Positions 41,664 through 52,036 of a DNA stretch of 64,000 nucleotides are shown here, in pieces. Within the stretch, counting starts at the first letter, position 1, and the number at the start of each line of letters is the position of its first letter. The notes under the pieces were generated by a model that did no database searches, had not been told where the DNA came from, and was given only the letters and a program-made list of their open reading frames with translations. The position numbers and the translations under genes are program-made. The stretch is taken from positions 930,001 through 994,000 of the forward strand of contig CP060758.1 in assembly GCA_023205875.1 (NCBI GenBank), read 5' to 3'. Source of the DNA: Chloropicon primus. Its lineage: Eukaryota.

Positions 41664-42634
41664 GGTGCGCTCGCGCACTCCCTGTACTCCCCTTCGAACG
41701 AAGCGGGCGTCAGAATCGCAATCGCAGCGTTCTCAGCGGAGTGAGGTTCTCGCTTACCTCGCGCCTATCCTGCGTTCGTCCTCGACACCCTCCCGAGAGC
41801 AAAAAAAAAACGTGAGTCCGATGAATGTAACCACTTACCACTCCCCAAACGTGTCGAGGAGGTTTAACTGAGCAACTGCGGATTGCCTCTGTATCCCGCC
41901 GACCCTTTTCGACGCGACTCGCTCGATCCCCAGCACTAGGAGGTCTGACCCGTCTGTTCCCCTGACTCCGACTGTATCAATGCACCCCGCAGCGCAGGCA
42001 TTCCTTGCGGCCAAACCCGGCAACCTCGCAACGCTCCCCTTCGCCCCGAGCTCCCCCAGCGACACGAAACTCAACTAAACCAGCGATGCGATGCGGTTGC
42101 GTCAGTACCTCTGCACCCGTCGAGCAGGCGCGCCAAAATCCGTCCCCCCAGCACGGCGGGCGACGAAACTCGCCGACTCGCGCGTCCCGTCCCGCCGAGC
42201 ACAATCTCCAGGCACTCACCGTTCTCTCGTCTCCCTTGACGCGCAGCGCGTGTCGTGTCGCGTCGTCGTGTCGTGTCGCCCTCGATCGATCGCTCCTCCT
42301 TCTCTCTCTCTCTCCTGCCTCGTCGCCGCCCGCTCTCTTCTGCTCTCCCCCCCTCGATCGATCGATCGATCAACCGTTTCTTTGGCGGAAAAGGGGATTT
42401 CCACTCGGTTGGCCTCTTTCGTGGATTTGAAAATCGATCGAGCCGCGGACCAGCCCTCGACGCGATGTGGGATATCTACACGAGGCGAAAGGCGTTACAT
42501 TTTTTCGGCATTTCGCGCCCAAATTCTGAAATCGAGCAGAGAGACAGAGAGACAGAGAGAGAGCCAAGAGGGTGAGACTGAGGCCATGGAGGGAGGACGG
42601 GAACACCACCCCGAGAAACGAACCCTTGCTTCCT

Positions 42635-42720
42635 TTTCTTCCTCCACCTCTTCCTCTTCCTCCTCCTCCTCCTCCTCCTCTTCCTCCTCCTCTTCTCTTC
42701 TTCTTCCTCTTCTCTTCTTC
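42635..42720. repeat. Pyrimidine-rich (TCC/TCT)n microsatellite
   Basis: tcctcctcctcctcc... run in the PKS / membrane-protein intergenic region. Confidence 0.85.
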
Positions 42721-43087
42721 AGGGAAGGGAAGTGTCTTCATCCGTTACTCTGCGTCAGAGTGCAATATGATTAATCCTTCTAATCTTCATCGGAATACAC
42801 TCCAAGATTCCATCTTGCTCTTGTTCCTCTTCTTCCTCTTGTCTCAATTCGAATTGAGACGCGGCCCCCTGCCTGGCGGAGTGAAACAACAGCTGGAAGG
42901 ATGGAGGAAGGTCTCCTTGCCTTGTGACGAACGGCGGGACGATGGAGCGATCGAACCAAGGGGAAGAACGAACGCGCGATGGACGGACACGTGTCCCGAG
43001 GCACCTCCCTCGGTGAATCATGTGTGAATCGTCGGTGAATTATCGGAGAAGAGACGGAGCACAAACCGAAGACGAAAAGCCAGGAAG

Positions 43088-43222
43088 ATGTGGACAAGGA
43101 AGCGAGTCCTCCTCGTCTTGGCCGCACTCTGCCTGGCGGGGAGGCTCGCGGGGGCGCAGGACGGTACGTGCCAGGACGAACCTTCGCTCTTCTTTCCGAT
43201 CTGCGTGATATCACTCTGACAC

Positions 43223-43299
<77 letters not shown>

Positions 43300-46200
43300 G
43301 ATGATGTCTACAAGCACTCCCAGTACGAGTACTACGGTCTGACGTACGACGGCATGGAGGACGGCGACGACGACTCGTTCGCGACGGCACCACCTCCAGT
43401 GGAATTCAACCCACCGCCACCGCCATTGGCTCCGGCACCACCGCCTCCCCCACCCCCACCATCGTCAGCAGAACCAAACCCAAACCCACCTCCACCACCT
43501 TCACCACCGCCTCCACCACCGTCACCACCGCCTCCATCACCCCCACCATCGTCAGCAGAACCAAACCCAAACCCACCTCCACCACCTTCACCACCGCCTC
43601 CACCACCGCCTTCGCCGCCTCCACCACCACCACCACCAGCGGCCGTCAAAGTCAGTGCGACTGTTTCCGTCAGCAAGGTCAAGCACAACGAAGTTCCTGT
43701 CCTCGTGCAAGTCGACTTCTCTCACGAGGTGTCCAACCTCGACCTTTCGAAGGTGATCGCGCAGGGAGCTGAGGTGTACATGGACCCGTCAAAGTGCTCG
43801 GAATTCTACCAGTCAGGGAGTGGATCCGGGCCCTACACGTTTGGCCTGGTCCCCCTGCTGCCTCACGCGGGCGCAAGGGCCATCAACGTGAGCCTGGCAG
43901 AGGGCGCGGGCTACAGCACGGCCGAGAACATGGTCTCGGAGGCGTCAAACACGATCACCTTGGACCACGACAGCACAGGCCCAGTCCCAATCTTGAAGGT
44001 CGCGGCTTCCTCCATCCCACACAACTTGACCTTGGCCATAAACTTCACCGAGCCGGTGGAAAACTTCACGAAGGAGGACTTCAGCACCAGGGGGTGTCGG
44101 GTGGACGAGCTGGATCCACCACAAGCGAATCCTGCGGCTGGGGAAGAGTGGCTGTACACGGCCCGAGTGACGTTGCTGAATGTCCGGGAGGACATCAGCA
44201 TCAAAATCCTGGAGAACGAGCTGGCGGATCAGTTTGGCAACGGCAACAAGGCCTCGAACGAAATCTATTACCCCAATGCGGGCTACCACTCCCCGGGCTT
44301 GACTTTCAGGGACTCCAAGGACGTCGATGTTTTCGTTCCCTCGGGAGGGACGTTTTGCATCACCCCCGACGCCGAGAGCCTCAGCGAGACGGGGGAAAGG
44401 TATCTCAAGGTAGGTTTTTTCTTCTTCGTGGTCGTCTAAATCTAAATCTGACCATCCTCTAAACTCCAGGTTTCCCTGCACGAAACAAATTACGGCAACG
44501 CGGACCTGGCGGCCGGACGGAAGAACTACCTCTTGTACGACGACGCCTTCTTGGCGGAGACCCTCAACTACCCTGTGGATCCCCTGGGCGTGAACGCCAC
44601 GGCCGCGAAGGACCTGACGGTAACCCTGAGCAGCATCGGGGGGCCCGCCGATGACGAGCTCGAGCACAAGCTCACCGTCATGCTGGATGCCAACGGCGCG
44701 GGCGTCCAGTCCGCCAGCGTGAAGCTCAAGCACTGCAACTATCCGGGCTACGAGGTTCAGTGCAGCTGCCTCCCAGACCTGGATTTGGGCCCGGACATTG
44801 TGATCGACGGCGAGAGGGTCCCATGGCAGGCAGAGCAAGCAGTTTGCATCCACCCGGAGAACGTGACCTACGAGTTGAACGCTCCGGTTCTGAGGGTGGG
44901 GTACACGGAAACGGAGATCAACCACATTTACGGACCTCCTGGCTTTTCCGCGGCCGCCAGCCCAGAATTCACGACCATGGCCATGGTGGACGGTGCTGCC
45001 GTTCACATCTCTGGCTCCAAGACCTTGAACGCGGGGGAATCCGCTGCGGTGAACTTTGGGTACGCCCTCGACCTTTCGAAGCTGGACAAGAACGCCCATA
45101 CCCTGGGAATCGAGGTTGACAACGGCAACGTAGTGCAAGAGTCGGACGAATCCAATGCCAAGGCAGTCTCCTTCAAGTACTGCTGGCCACCGGATCTCTC
45201 CTTCGATTCCTCCTGCGTCGTCATCGGGAACAGCGACAGCGAGACGATGGTTGGGCGCTGCATCTCTCTCGCCGATCCCGAGCACGTCCAGTGCGTCTAT
45301 CCGACAGACCTGGAGTCTGGTGGGGGGAAGGCATACCTCGATGTGAGGTACGGCGTGGTGAACGGCGGGACGCTCGACGCGGACCCGGGGTCGTGCGGGA
45401 AGCTGGACTCCGTGCTCACCGTGGATGGGCAGGTCCACGACGTCAAGAGCCACGGCAAGTTGCCAGGGAAGAGCACGTTCTGGGTCGGGCCCGTCAACAC
45501 GACTCTGGGGGAGCCCGACAGAAGCGTCCACGAGCTCGCCCTGAGCGTGACCGCCGAGGACCTCGTCGTCGGCGCAGCCTCGGGGAGCGCTCACGCTTCC
45601 ACCAAGTTTCGTTTTTGCGGCTTCTTCAACGAGCTCGATGGGGGGGCTGGCGTGAAAATCGGGAAAGCGTCGAGGTTCGTGAGCTGGGGGGAATCCGTTT
45701 GCATTCGGGACGAGGACGTCCACGTTTCGGAGACCCCCCAGGGCTCGAGGGAGCTGGTCTTCACGATGGAGTACACGGAGATCAACGTCGGCTCGATCGT
45801 GGCTGAGAACTTCTCGAACTCCATCTTCCTCAACAACACTCTGATCTTCACGGACAGGGACAGGCCGCCCGTGGACGTGGGAGTCGAGAGGAGGCAAGTG
45901 ATCGGAAACGTCGCGGTGAACGAAGCAGCCGTGAACGAGTACGAGCAAATCTTGAGGCTTCACTTCGATGCCATCCAGAACGACGTCGCCTCGAAGAACT
46001 CCATTGCCCTCAAGTTCTGCGTCGAGGCTCTCGGGCCCGAGAAGTGCGCGTGCAGGGCGGACTTGGCCGCGGGGGAAAAGATCCACATCGGCACGAAGAC
46101 GGCGCGCTGGGGCCAGAGCGAGACGGTCTGCCTGGAGCCGAAAGACATGAACGGGGACGGGACGTTCTCCGTGGCGCACTGGGAGAGTAACACGGGGGAG

Positions 46201-47730
46201 AGGGCCTTGAGCGCAGCCTCTGGGGGTTACGAGAACCGGATATACGTCGACGGCGAGTTGTGGAGCACGAGCACGGCGAGGCCCGAGCTCGAGGTGAACG
46301 AGACCCGCGGCCCGGTCTTCTGGGAGGAATCCTTGAACCTGATCCCGGGGCCGGGGACCCACACGATGACCCTCGAGTTGGATTACGCGGACATGGTGAA
46401 TGAATTCGGTTACGCGCAGGGCGCTGCGAACAACTTCACGTTCAACTTCAAGTTCTGTGGCTTCGAACCGGATTTGACGGCGGGTCAAGGGATTCAGCTC
46501 GGCAAGAAGTTCGTGCGCTGGAACGAGGTCGTGTGCTTGTCGGAGGACGACATCAAGATTTCTCCACTGGGTCAGTTGGGAGCCGTGGAGACCGGGATCG
46601 ACGTCGTTTACTACGAGCAGAATCTAGCACCGTACGAGAGTGGCAAAGACTGGTTGGTCACCGTTTGCTGGAACGATTACTTGAAGTTCATCAAGGCCGG
46701 CCGGCCGGCCCTGGCTGGGCGGTCTCAGCGGGATGTCAGCGTCCCTTACATCTTTGGGGCATCCATGGCCCTGAGAGTCGCGCCAAACGATCAGAAGAAC
46801 GTGCTCACACTGGTGATGGACGGAACGGAGTGCTCCGCGAACGCGACGGGCACCATCAAGGAGACCGACGAAGGGAACAACGTCAATAGCGTGTTCGTGT
46901 ACTTTGAGGAAGAGCTCGGTGGGTGCCCGTTGGTCCCCCCTCCCCCCCCACCTGAACCTTCACCCCCACCCCCACCGCCGTGGTTTCCGCCGGACTATCC
47001 TCCGAGCCCACCGCCCCCACCCCCACCTCCACCACCGAGCCCGCCGCCGCCACCTCCATCCCCACCTCCACCACCGAGCCCACCGCCACCACCATCCCCG
47101 CCGCCCCCGCCGAGCCCACCGCCGGCTCCGCTCCAACCGCCGCCCCCGCCACCGATCATCGAATCTTGCCCCGCCTGTCCCAGCGGCCAGGAGAGGAGGG
47201 GGACAGAAGCTGACCCTTGCATCTGCGTGGACGCTCTGAGGGTTGGGCTGAATTTTCCAGATGCAGACATCTCCACCTACGATGACACCACCTTTGCGGA
47301 GAGTCTGAGCGCTGCGCTGGGCGTGCCGCTGGAAAGCATCGTGATTGTCAGCGTGAGAGCGGGGAGCATCATGGTGGACTTTGTGATCCTGCCTCCAGCA
47401 GGGTCGATCAAGTTCAAGAGCGACGCGGTCTCGAGCCTGGAGAGGGTGCTCAGCCTCGGAACCTTGGACGTCCAGGGCTACGGGGCGGCGGTGGTGACGT
47501 CCTTCGAGTTGCCCCCGGGCGCGTCCTCGGACGTCCTCATCCTCGGGCTCTCCCTCATCGAGGTCTGCATCTGCTCGATCCTCTTCGTCTTTGTGGCCAT
47601 CTTCCTGGTGTTTTACTGGAGGAGGTCAAAGTCCAAGGTCGACTTCCTGAGGACCAAGCTCATAGAGACGGACCATCTCAGCTTTGACCCGGAGAGCGGG
47701 TACCCAAAGGGCGACGGCGTGTGGAAGTAA
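43088..47730 (+). CDS. Type I membrane/cell-surface protein, ~1481 aa: signal peptide, SPn extensin-like tracts, Ig-like region, ~6 CARDB-like repeats, C-terminal TM helix (exons 43088-43163, 43301-44409, 44470-47730)
   Basis: Exon 1 MWTRKRVLLVLAALCLAGRLAGAQD. Introns GTACGT...ctctag and GTAGGT...ctccag, both with CTGAC branch points, join the two long ORFs in frame. Repeats PDL..G..I.IG...W....C ending VDNGNVVQESDESN / IKETDEGNN. TM ICSILFVFVAIFLVFYW followed by RRSK. Confidence 0.82.
43229..43298 (+). repeat. (CT)n microsatellite forming the polypyrimidine tract of intron 1
   Basis: Long ct run between branch point ctctgac and acceptor AG at 43299-43300. Confidence 0.92.
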
Positions 47731-47808
47731 CCGCTGGCTCGCAGTGTACGATAGGCGAAATTACGTATAGTTAAATGTTTTTTTGTACCACCACACTAGG
47801 GAAGTGAA

Positions 47809-47813
47809 TGTAA
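47809..47813 (+). terminator. TGTAA green-algal poly(A) signal candidate
   Basis: TGTAA ~80 nt after the stop at 47730; another lies at 62428-62432 after the SAL1-like gene. Confidence 0.5.
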
Positions 47814-47883
47814 TTGTATTCATCAGCGACTACGACGAGTGTCCTCCGTCCGCGGACGGGCCTCCTCACACTCGCAGCCAAGT

Positions 47884-49350
47884 TCAGTCCTCCATGAAGA
47901 ACCTCTTCGACACGATGTTCTCCACGAAGGAAGAGATGGTCTGAACGGACGTCGTGTTGTTCCTGTGATAGTACGACATGATGTCCTCGAGCTTGGGCAG
48001 GGGGCACGTGAGCAAGTCATCGTAGGTCGAGCTCGCCTGCAGCACCCTCTCCACGGAAGCGAAGAACCTCTCGTGCATCCCCTCGAGAATGTTGGTGCAT
48101 ATCTGCAGGGAAATAGCGTCGCTTTTCCCGGCCTCGTCGGAATAGGCGTGGAAAGGCACGGGCTTGAGAACGGACTTGAGATCGCTGCTTTGCCAGATGG
48201 ACACCCCATCCAGATTCGAGGCGGACACGTCGCTGCCGTCGCAGAGGTCGTCGAGCCCCAACCAGCACCTCTCGGCCCTCGCCCCGGTGAGGTGAAACGC
48301 CTTGGTCACGACCCTTTTGTCCTTCCTGCAGACCGTCAGGACCTTCACCCCGTCCATGGCGCCTTCCTCCTGCTCGGGCGGCACCTGGACCTTGAGGACT
48401 CTGAGGGACAGCTCCGCGTGCATCCTGCTCGATTGGGTGATGAAGCACGTGAAGTACCTGTCTTGGATTCTCTCCACGAAATGGTCCCACCCGGGGCGGA
48501 TCCAAAAGAGCACAGCGCACCCGCTCGAGTACTTGGTGAAGACGAGGCGGCTGCCCCTCTCCCTGTCGATGCAGATCGCGTTCTCCTCCAGCCTCACGTT
48601 CTCCTTGCCGTACATCTCGAGCATGAACCAGGGGATCTCTCCGGCCAGCCTGTAGTTCTCCAGGGCAAAGTAGTGGGAGAGGGCGTAAGCCTTCACCCTC
48701 TCGCCCAGGCCCTTGTCCCTCACCAGCCTCAGCAGAGACTCCTGGGTGTACGAGTCGATGAGGGTCCGATCCAAGTCGACCGCCAGGTAGAGCTTCTTCG
48801 CGGAGAGCGCGTTGATCCAGGCGGCCCAAGTGGCGGATGGGCACAGGACGATCTCCATAGGCGCCCCGCCACACTGCCCGCCGCCGCAGGGGGAGGCCAC
48901 GATGATTGCCACAGTGCCCTTGTCCTTGATCCTCCCCCCGCAAGGTGATCCTCCCCCTCCCTCGGCGCGCCGATCGAGGGAAGAGAGGTTGGCGCGAAAG
49001 GGGTGGGCGAGAACCACCTTCATTTGGTCTCGAAGGTCCCTCCAAAAGGCCTCCAGCCTCTCGCCGGACGCCCGGGTGTTGAGGGTCGAGCCCCCACCCA
49101 CCTTGGCGCGATCGGAGAACGACGTCTCGCTGCACGCGTACCTGGCCGCGAGCACGGCCGATGGCCCCTGGGGCCCTGCGGCGATCTCCAGGTGGTTGTC
49201 GGTCCCGACCTTGGGCCTCCTGGGCCTCCCCTCCCGGGACTCGAGAACGAATTGGGGGCTCTCGGTCTTCCTGTCGTACACGTGAAAGCGGCAGGAGGCC
49301 CCCTGGTTCGGGTCGACGTTCTCCTTCTGCTCCGGCGGCTCCAGCATCAT
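47884..49350 (-). CDS. HAD-superfamily FCP1/CPL-like (RNA Pol II CTD phosphatase-like) protein
   Basis: LYLAVDLDRTLIDS (DxDxT motif), FWIRPGWDHF, LGLDD; resembles the plant CPL1/2 catalytic domain. Confidence 0.7.
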   Translation of the reverse strand: MMLEPPEQKENVDPNQGASCRFHVYDRKTESPQFVLESREGRPRRPKVGTDNHLEIAAGPQGPSAVLAARYACSETSFSDRAKVGGGSTLNTRASGERLEAFWRDLRDQMKVVLAHPFRANLSSLDRRAEGGGGSPCGGRIKDKGTVAIIVASPCGGGQCGGAPMEIVLCPSATWAAWINALSAKKLYLAVDLDRTLIDSYTQESLLRLVRDKGLGERVKAYALSHYFALENYRLAGEIPWFMLEMYGKENVRLEENAICIDRERGSRLVFTKYSSGCAVLFWIRPGWDHFVERIQDRYFTCFITQSSRMHAELSLRVLKVQVPPEQEEGAMDGVKVLTVCRKDKRVVTKAFHLTGARAERCWLGLDDLCDGSDVSASNLDGVSIWQSSDLKSVLKPVPFHAYSDEAGKSDAISLQICTNILEGMHERFFASVERVLQASSTYDDLLTCPLPKLEDIMSYYHRNNTTSVQTISSFVENIVSKRFFMED

Positions 49351-49396
49351 CGTGGGGTCCCAGCGGCGTCGGCGCTGGCGCTGGCGCTTTGCGCGC

Positions 49397-49642
49397 TCAA
49401 TCCTGCAGGAACTTCACCGTCACGTGGAGGACGTCCACTCCCTTGATCTCGGTCAGGGTCCTGCCCCTAGGCGCGTTCACCCTCGCCGTGTATCTCACCT
49501 CCGTGTCGTGGTTCGGCGTCTGCTGGGCCGTCAGCAGGGTGTACTCCTCCTGGTGAATCTGCAACTGGTGCGCGAGCCTTCGCAGCTTCCGGAAGAACTG
49601 GCAGTGCTGATCGAACCTCCTCTTCCTCGACGCCCTCTCCAT
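49397..49642 (-). CDS. Small hypothetical protein (81 aa) immediately upstream of the CPL-like gene
   Basis: ATG GAG AGG GCG TCG...GAT TGA. Most codons end in G/C, as in neighbouring genes. Confidence 0.55.
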   Translation of the reverse strand: MERASRKRRFDQHCQFFRKLRRLAHQLQIHQEEYTLLTAQQTPNHDTEVRYTARVNAPRGRTLTEIKGVDVLHVTVKFLQD

Positions 49643-50044
49643 CGCAGTCCCCGTCACAGCAGAGGGTCCCGAGAGGCTCGCCGCCACGCCACGGTGGTCT
49701 CACGGTGAGACTCTCAACCCCCTCCCTCTCGCCCCGATATCGCTCTTCGCTTCCTCACTCGAAGGCAAGACCGCTCGATCACGACAAGAGCGCGTGCGCG
49801 ATCGCTCGATCGCTCGATCCGATCGTATCGTATCGTATCGTTCCTCGACGACGCTCACTTCCTCGCCCCCCCGCCCGATCGCGATCGATCGATCAAACAC
49901 GACCCCGGTAACGCTCAGCCGCGGCCCTCGTGATCGGCGATCGCGATGATTTGAGTTTTTGAGTTTTTTTTGTCTGCAAAGGGACGTAGGTGGTGGTCGT
50001 GGTTGGTTGGGTGCGCGCGCGCCCGGCGAGGACGAGGACGCACG

Positions 50045-51988
50045 ATGGAGGAGCTGGTGGAGGATTTGGTGGAGGATTTGGTGGAGTTTTCGGGGGGGTC
50101 GACCGTGGCGCTGAGGACGGGGGGACCGACGGGGCCGAACTCGGGCAAGACGGATGACGAGATACAGGTCTGGATATCGTACGAGAGCCAGGACCGGAAC
50201 AGCTTGCAGACGGGGACGACGACGACCGTGTTTCGCATGCTTCCGACGGAGACGATCGCGGACGTGAAGCTGCGGGTGCAGGCGAAGAAAGGGTGGTTCG
50301 CGTCGCAGCAGAGGCTGAGCTTCGGTGACATGGAGCTGGAGGACGCCAAGACGATTGAGCTCGTGGCTCGGGCAGCGGGCGTGGCTGAGGAGGCGGGGGA
50401 GGGGGAGGAGAGCAACCACGTGCACCTCACCGTCCGCCTGGCAGACATTATGAACGTGAAGATAAAGACGCTGCAGGGGGAGACGACGCTGTCCGCCCAG
50501 CCGGAGACGACGACGGTGAGGGAAATCAAGGAGGCGGTGAGTCTCATGAATGGGTACTTACCCGACCACCAGCACGTCTTCCTGGAGGGCAAAATGCTCG
50601 AGGACAACAAGGCCCTCGCGGAGGTTTCCCCCCTCTCGCGGTCCCCGATCGTCCACGTCCTCGTCAAGAGGACGACCAAGGTGAAGATCCTGCCCAACAG
50701 CGGGAACGAGTTCGAGCTCTCGATATCCGCGGCGGAGACGGTGGAGTCCCTGAAGAGGAGGATCGAGGTGGCGGAGGGCATCCCGGCCCTGACGCACCGG
50801 GTGGTTCACAACGGCCAGTACCTGCCCGAGACGGCCTCTTTGGCCGATTACGGCGTCGATAAGGACTCCGTCCTGGTCCTGGAGCCCATCGGGAAGCACG
50901 GGAGGCTGGTGCCGGAGGGGAGCGAGGAGCTCGAGAACGTCGACAGGAGCCTCCAGAACTGCGTGAAAATGCTTCAGCAGGCCCAGGCGGGGTTTGACGT
51001 CCACATGGCGCCCTGCCTGGCGTCGGCGGGAACGGGCGGCGCGTACTTCCTCCTTGGCCCCAGGGGAAACAAGGTGGCGGTCTTCAAGCCGGAGGACGAG
51101 GAGCCGAACGCCGAGAACAACCCGAGGGGAAGGAGCCAGCCCGTGGGGATCCCTGGCAGCGCTGGGAGGGAGGGCCTGAGAAAGGGAACCCTCCCGGGAG
51201 AGGGGGCGAGCAGGGAGTTTGCGGCGTACATCCTCGACCACGACAACTTCGCGAGAGTTCCTCCGACCGCCATGGTGTGCCTGAAGCAGACCTCCAACAA
51301 GAAGTACGCGAGCGTCACGGACTGGAACGGCTCTCAGGGGAAAAGGGGGAGCATCCAGACGTTCGTTCCGTACGAGTCGGACTGCGAGGAGATGGGGATC
51401 TCGCAGTTCTCGAGGCAGGGGGTGCACAGGATTGCCGTCTTGGACATCAGGCTTGCGAACACCGACAGAAACGGGTCGAACGTGCTGGTGAGGAGGGAAG
51501 CGGAGGGGGAGTGGTCCCTCACGCCGATCGACCACGGGTACTGCCTGCCTGGCTCCTTGAGCGACATCTGCTTCGACTGGATTTACTGGCCACAGGCGAG
51601 CCAGCCCTTCGACCAGGAGGTGCGCGACTACATCGCCAACCTGGACGAGGAAAAGGACCTGGAGAAGCTCAAGATGCATGGAATCAATCTGAGACCGGAG
51701 TGCCAGCTCGTCTTCAGGGTTTGTAACATATTACTGAGACTAGGTTTGCAGAAGGGGCTCTCTGCGTACGACATCGGGAATATTATGTGCAGGCAGACCT
51801 TGCAGCAGTCGATTTTGGAGAAAATGTCCCACCACGCCCTGAAGAAGCTCACCAAAGGAAGGATCCAGGGCACGGGGAAACTGCAGCTTCACGAGCTCGA
51901 CCACCGCTCGAGCGAACTCTACCTGGAGGAGATTACCCAGCAAATGAAGACTTACATGAAGGAGGTCTTCGATGAGGATGAGGTCTGA
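50045..51988 (+). CDS. Type II PI4-kinase gamma-like protein with N-terminal ubiquitin-like domains
   Basis: UBL segments (ETIADVKLRVQ...QQRLSF; TTVREIKEAV; ETVESLKRRI...SLADYGV). Kinase motifs GTGGAYF, AVFKPEDEEP, REFAAYILDH, LDIRLANTDRNGSN, PIDHGYCLP. Confidence 0.9.
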   Translation: MEELVEDLVEDLVEFSGGSTVALRTGGPTGPNSGKTDDEIQVWISYESQDRNSLQTGTTTTVFRMLPTETIADVKLRVQAKKGWFASQQRLSFGDMELEDAKTIELVARAAGVAEEAGEGEESNHVHLTVRLADIMNVKIKTLQGETTLSAQPETTTVREIKEAVSLMNGYLPDHQHVFLEGKMLEDNKALAEVSPLSRSPIVHVLVKRTTKVKILPNSGNEFELSISAAETVESLKRRIEVAEGIPALTHRVVHNGQYLPETASLADYGVDKDSVLVLEPIGKHGRLVPEGSEELENVDRSLQNCVKMLQQAQAGFDVHMAPCLASAGTGGAYFLLGPRGNKVAVFKPEDEEPNAENNPRGRSQPVGIPGSAGREGLRKGTLPGEGASREFAAYILDHDNFARVPPTAMVCLKQTSNKKYASVTDWNGSQGKRGSIQTFVPYESDCEEMGISQFSRQGVHRIAVLDIRLANTDRNGSNVLVRREAEGEWSLTPIDHGYCLPGSLSDICFDWIYWPQASQPFDQEVRDYIANLDEEKDLEKLKMHGINLRPECQLVFRVCNILLRLGLQKGLSAYDIGNIMCRQTLQQSILEKMSHHALKKLTKGRIQGTGKLQLHELDHRSSELYLEEITQQMKTYMKEVFDEDEV

Positions 51989-52036
51989 ACAACAGCTCTT
52001 TAATATATATATATACACACCCACACCTCTTAATAC

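Noticed and set aside
152..41546. Dozens of short plus-strand and off-frame ORFs in the track, including the duplicated 455-aa ORFs at 32673 and 40179
   Set aside because: Antisense or off-frame shadows of the PKS. They have no recognisable motifs and repeat only because the underlying PKS blocks repeat.
1..41663. Bacterial contaminant or chimeric join explaining the PKS
   Set aside because: The 5' part matches neighbouring genes in GC-rich codon style, the leader has spliceosomal signals, and there is no operon context. Read-level confirmation would still be needed.
41835..43226. Overlapping 60-230-aa ORFs between the PKS and the membrane-protein gene
   Set aside because: Low-complexity, microsatellite-derived translations in a promoter/UTR region.
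43090..43300. SLSLSL-repeat N-terminus of the 449-aa ORF
   Set aside because: Translation of the intronic (CT)n tract; the real exon 1 is in another frame.
43945..46488. 847-aa minus-strand ORF
   Set aside because: Antisense of the GC3-rich membrane-protein gene; sequence is not protein-like.
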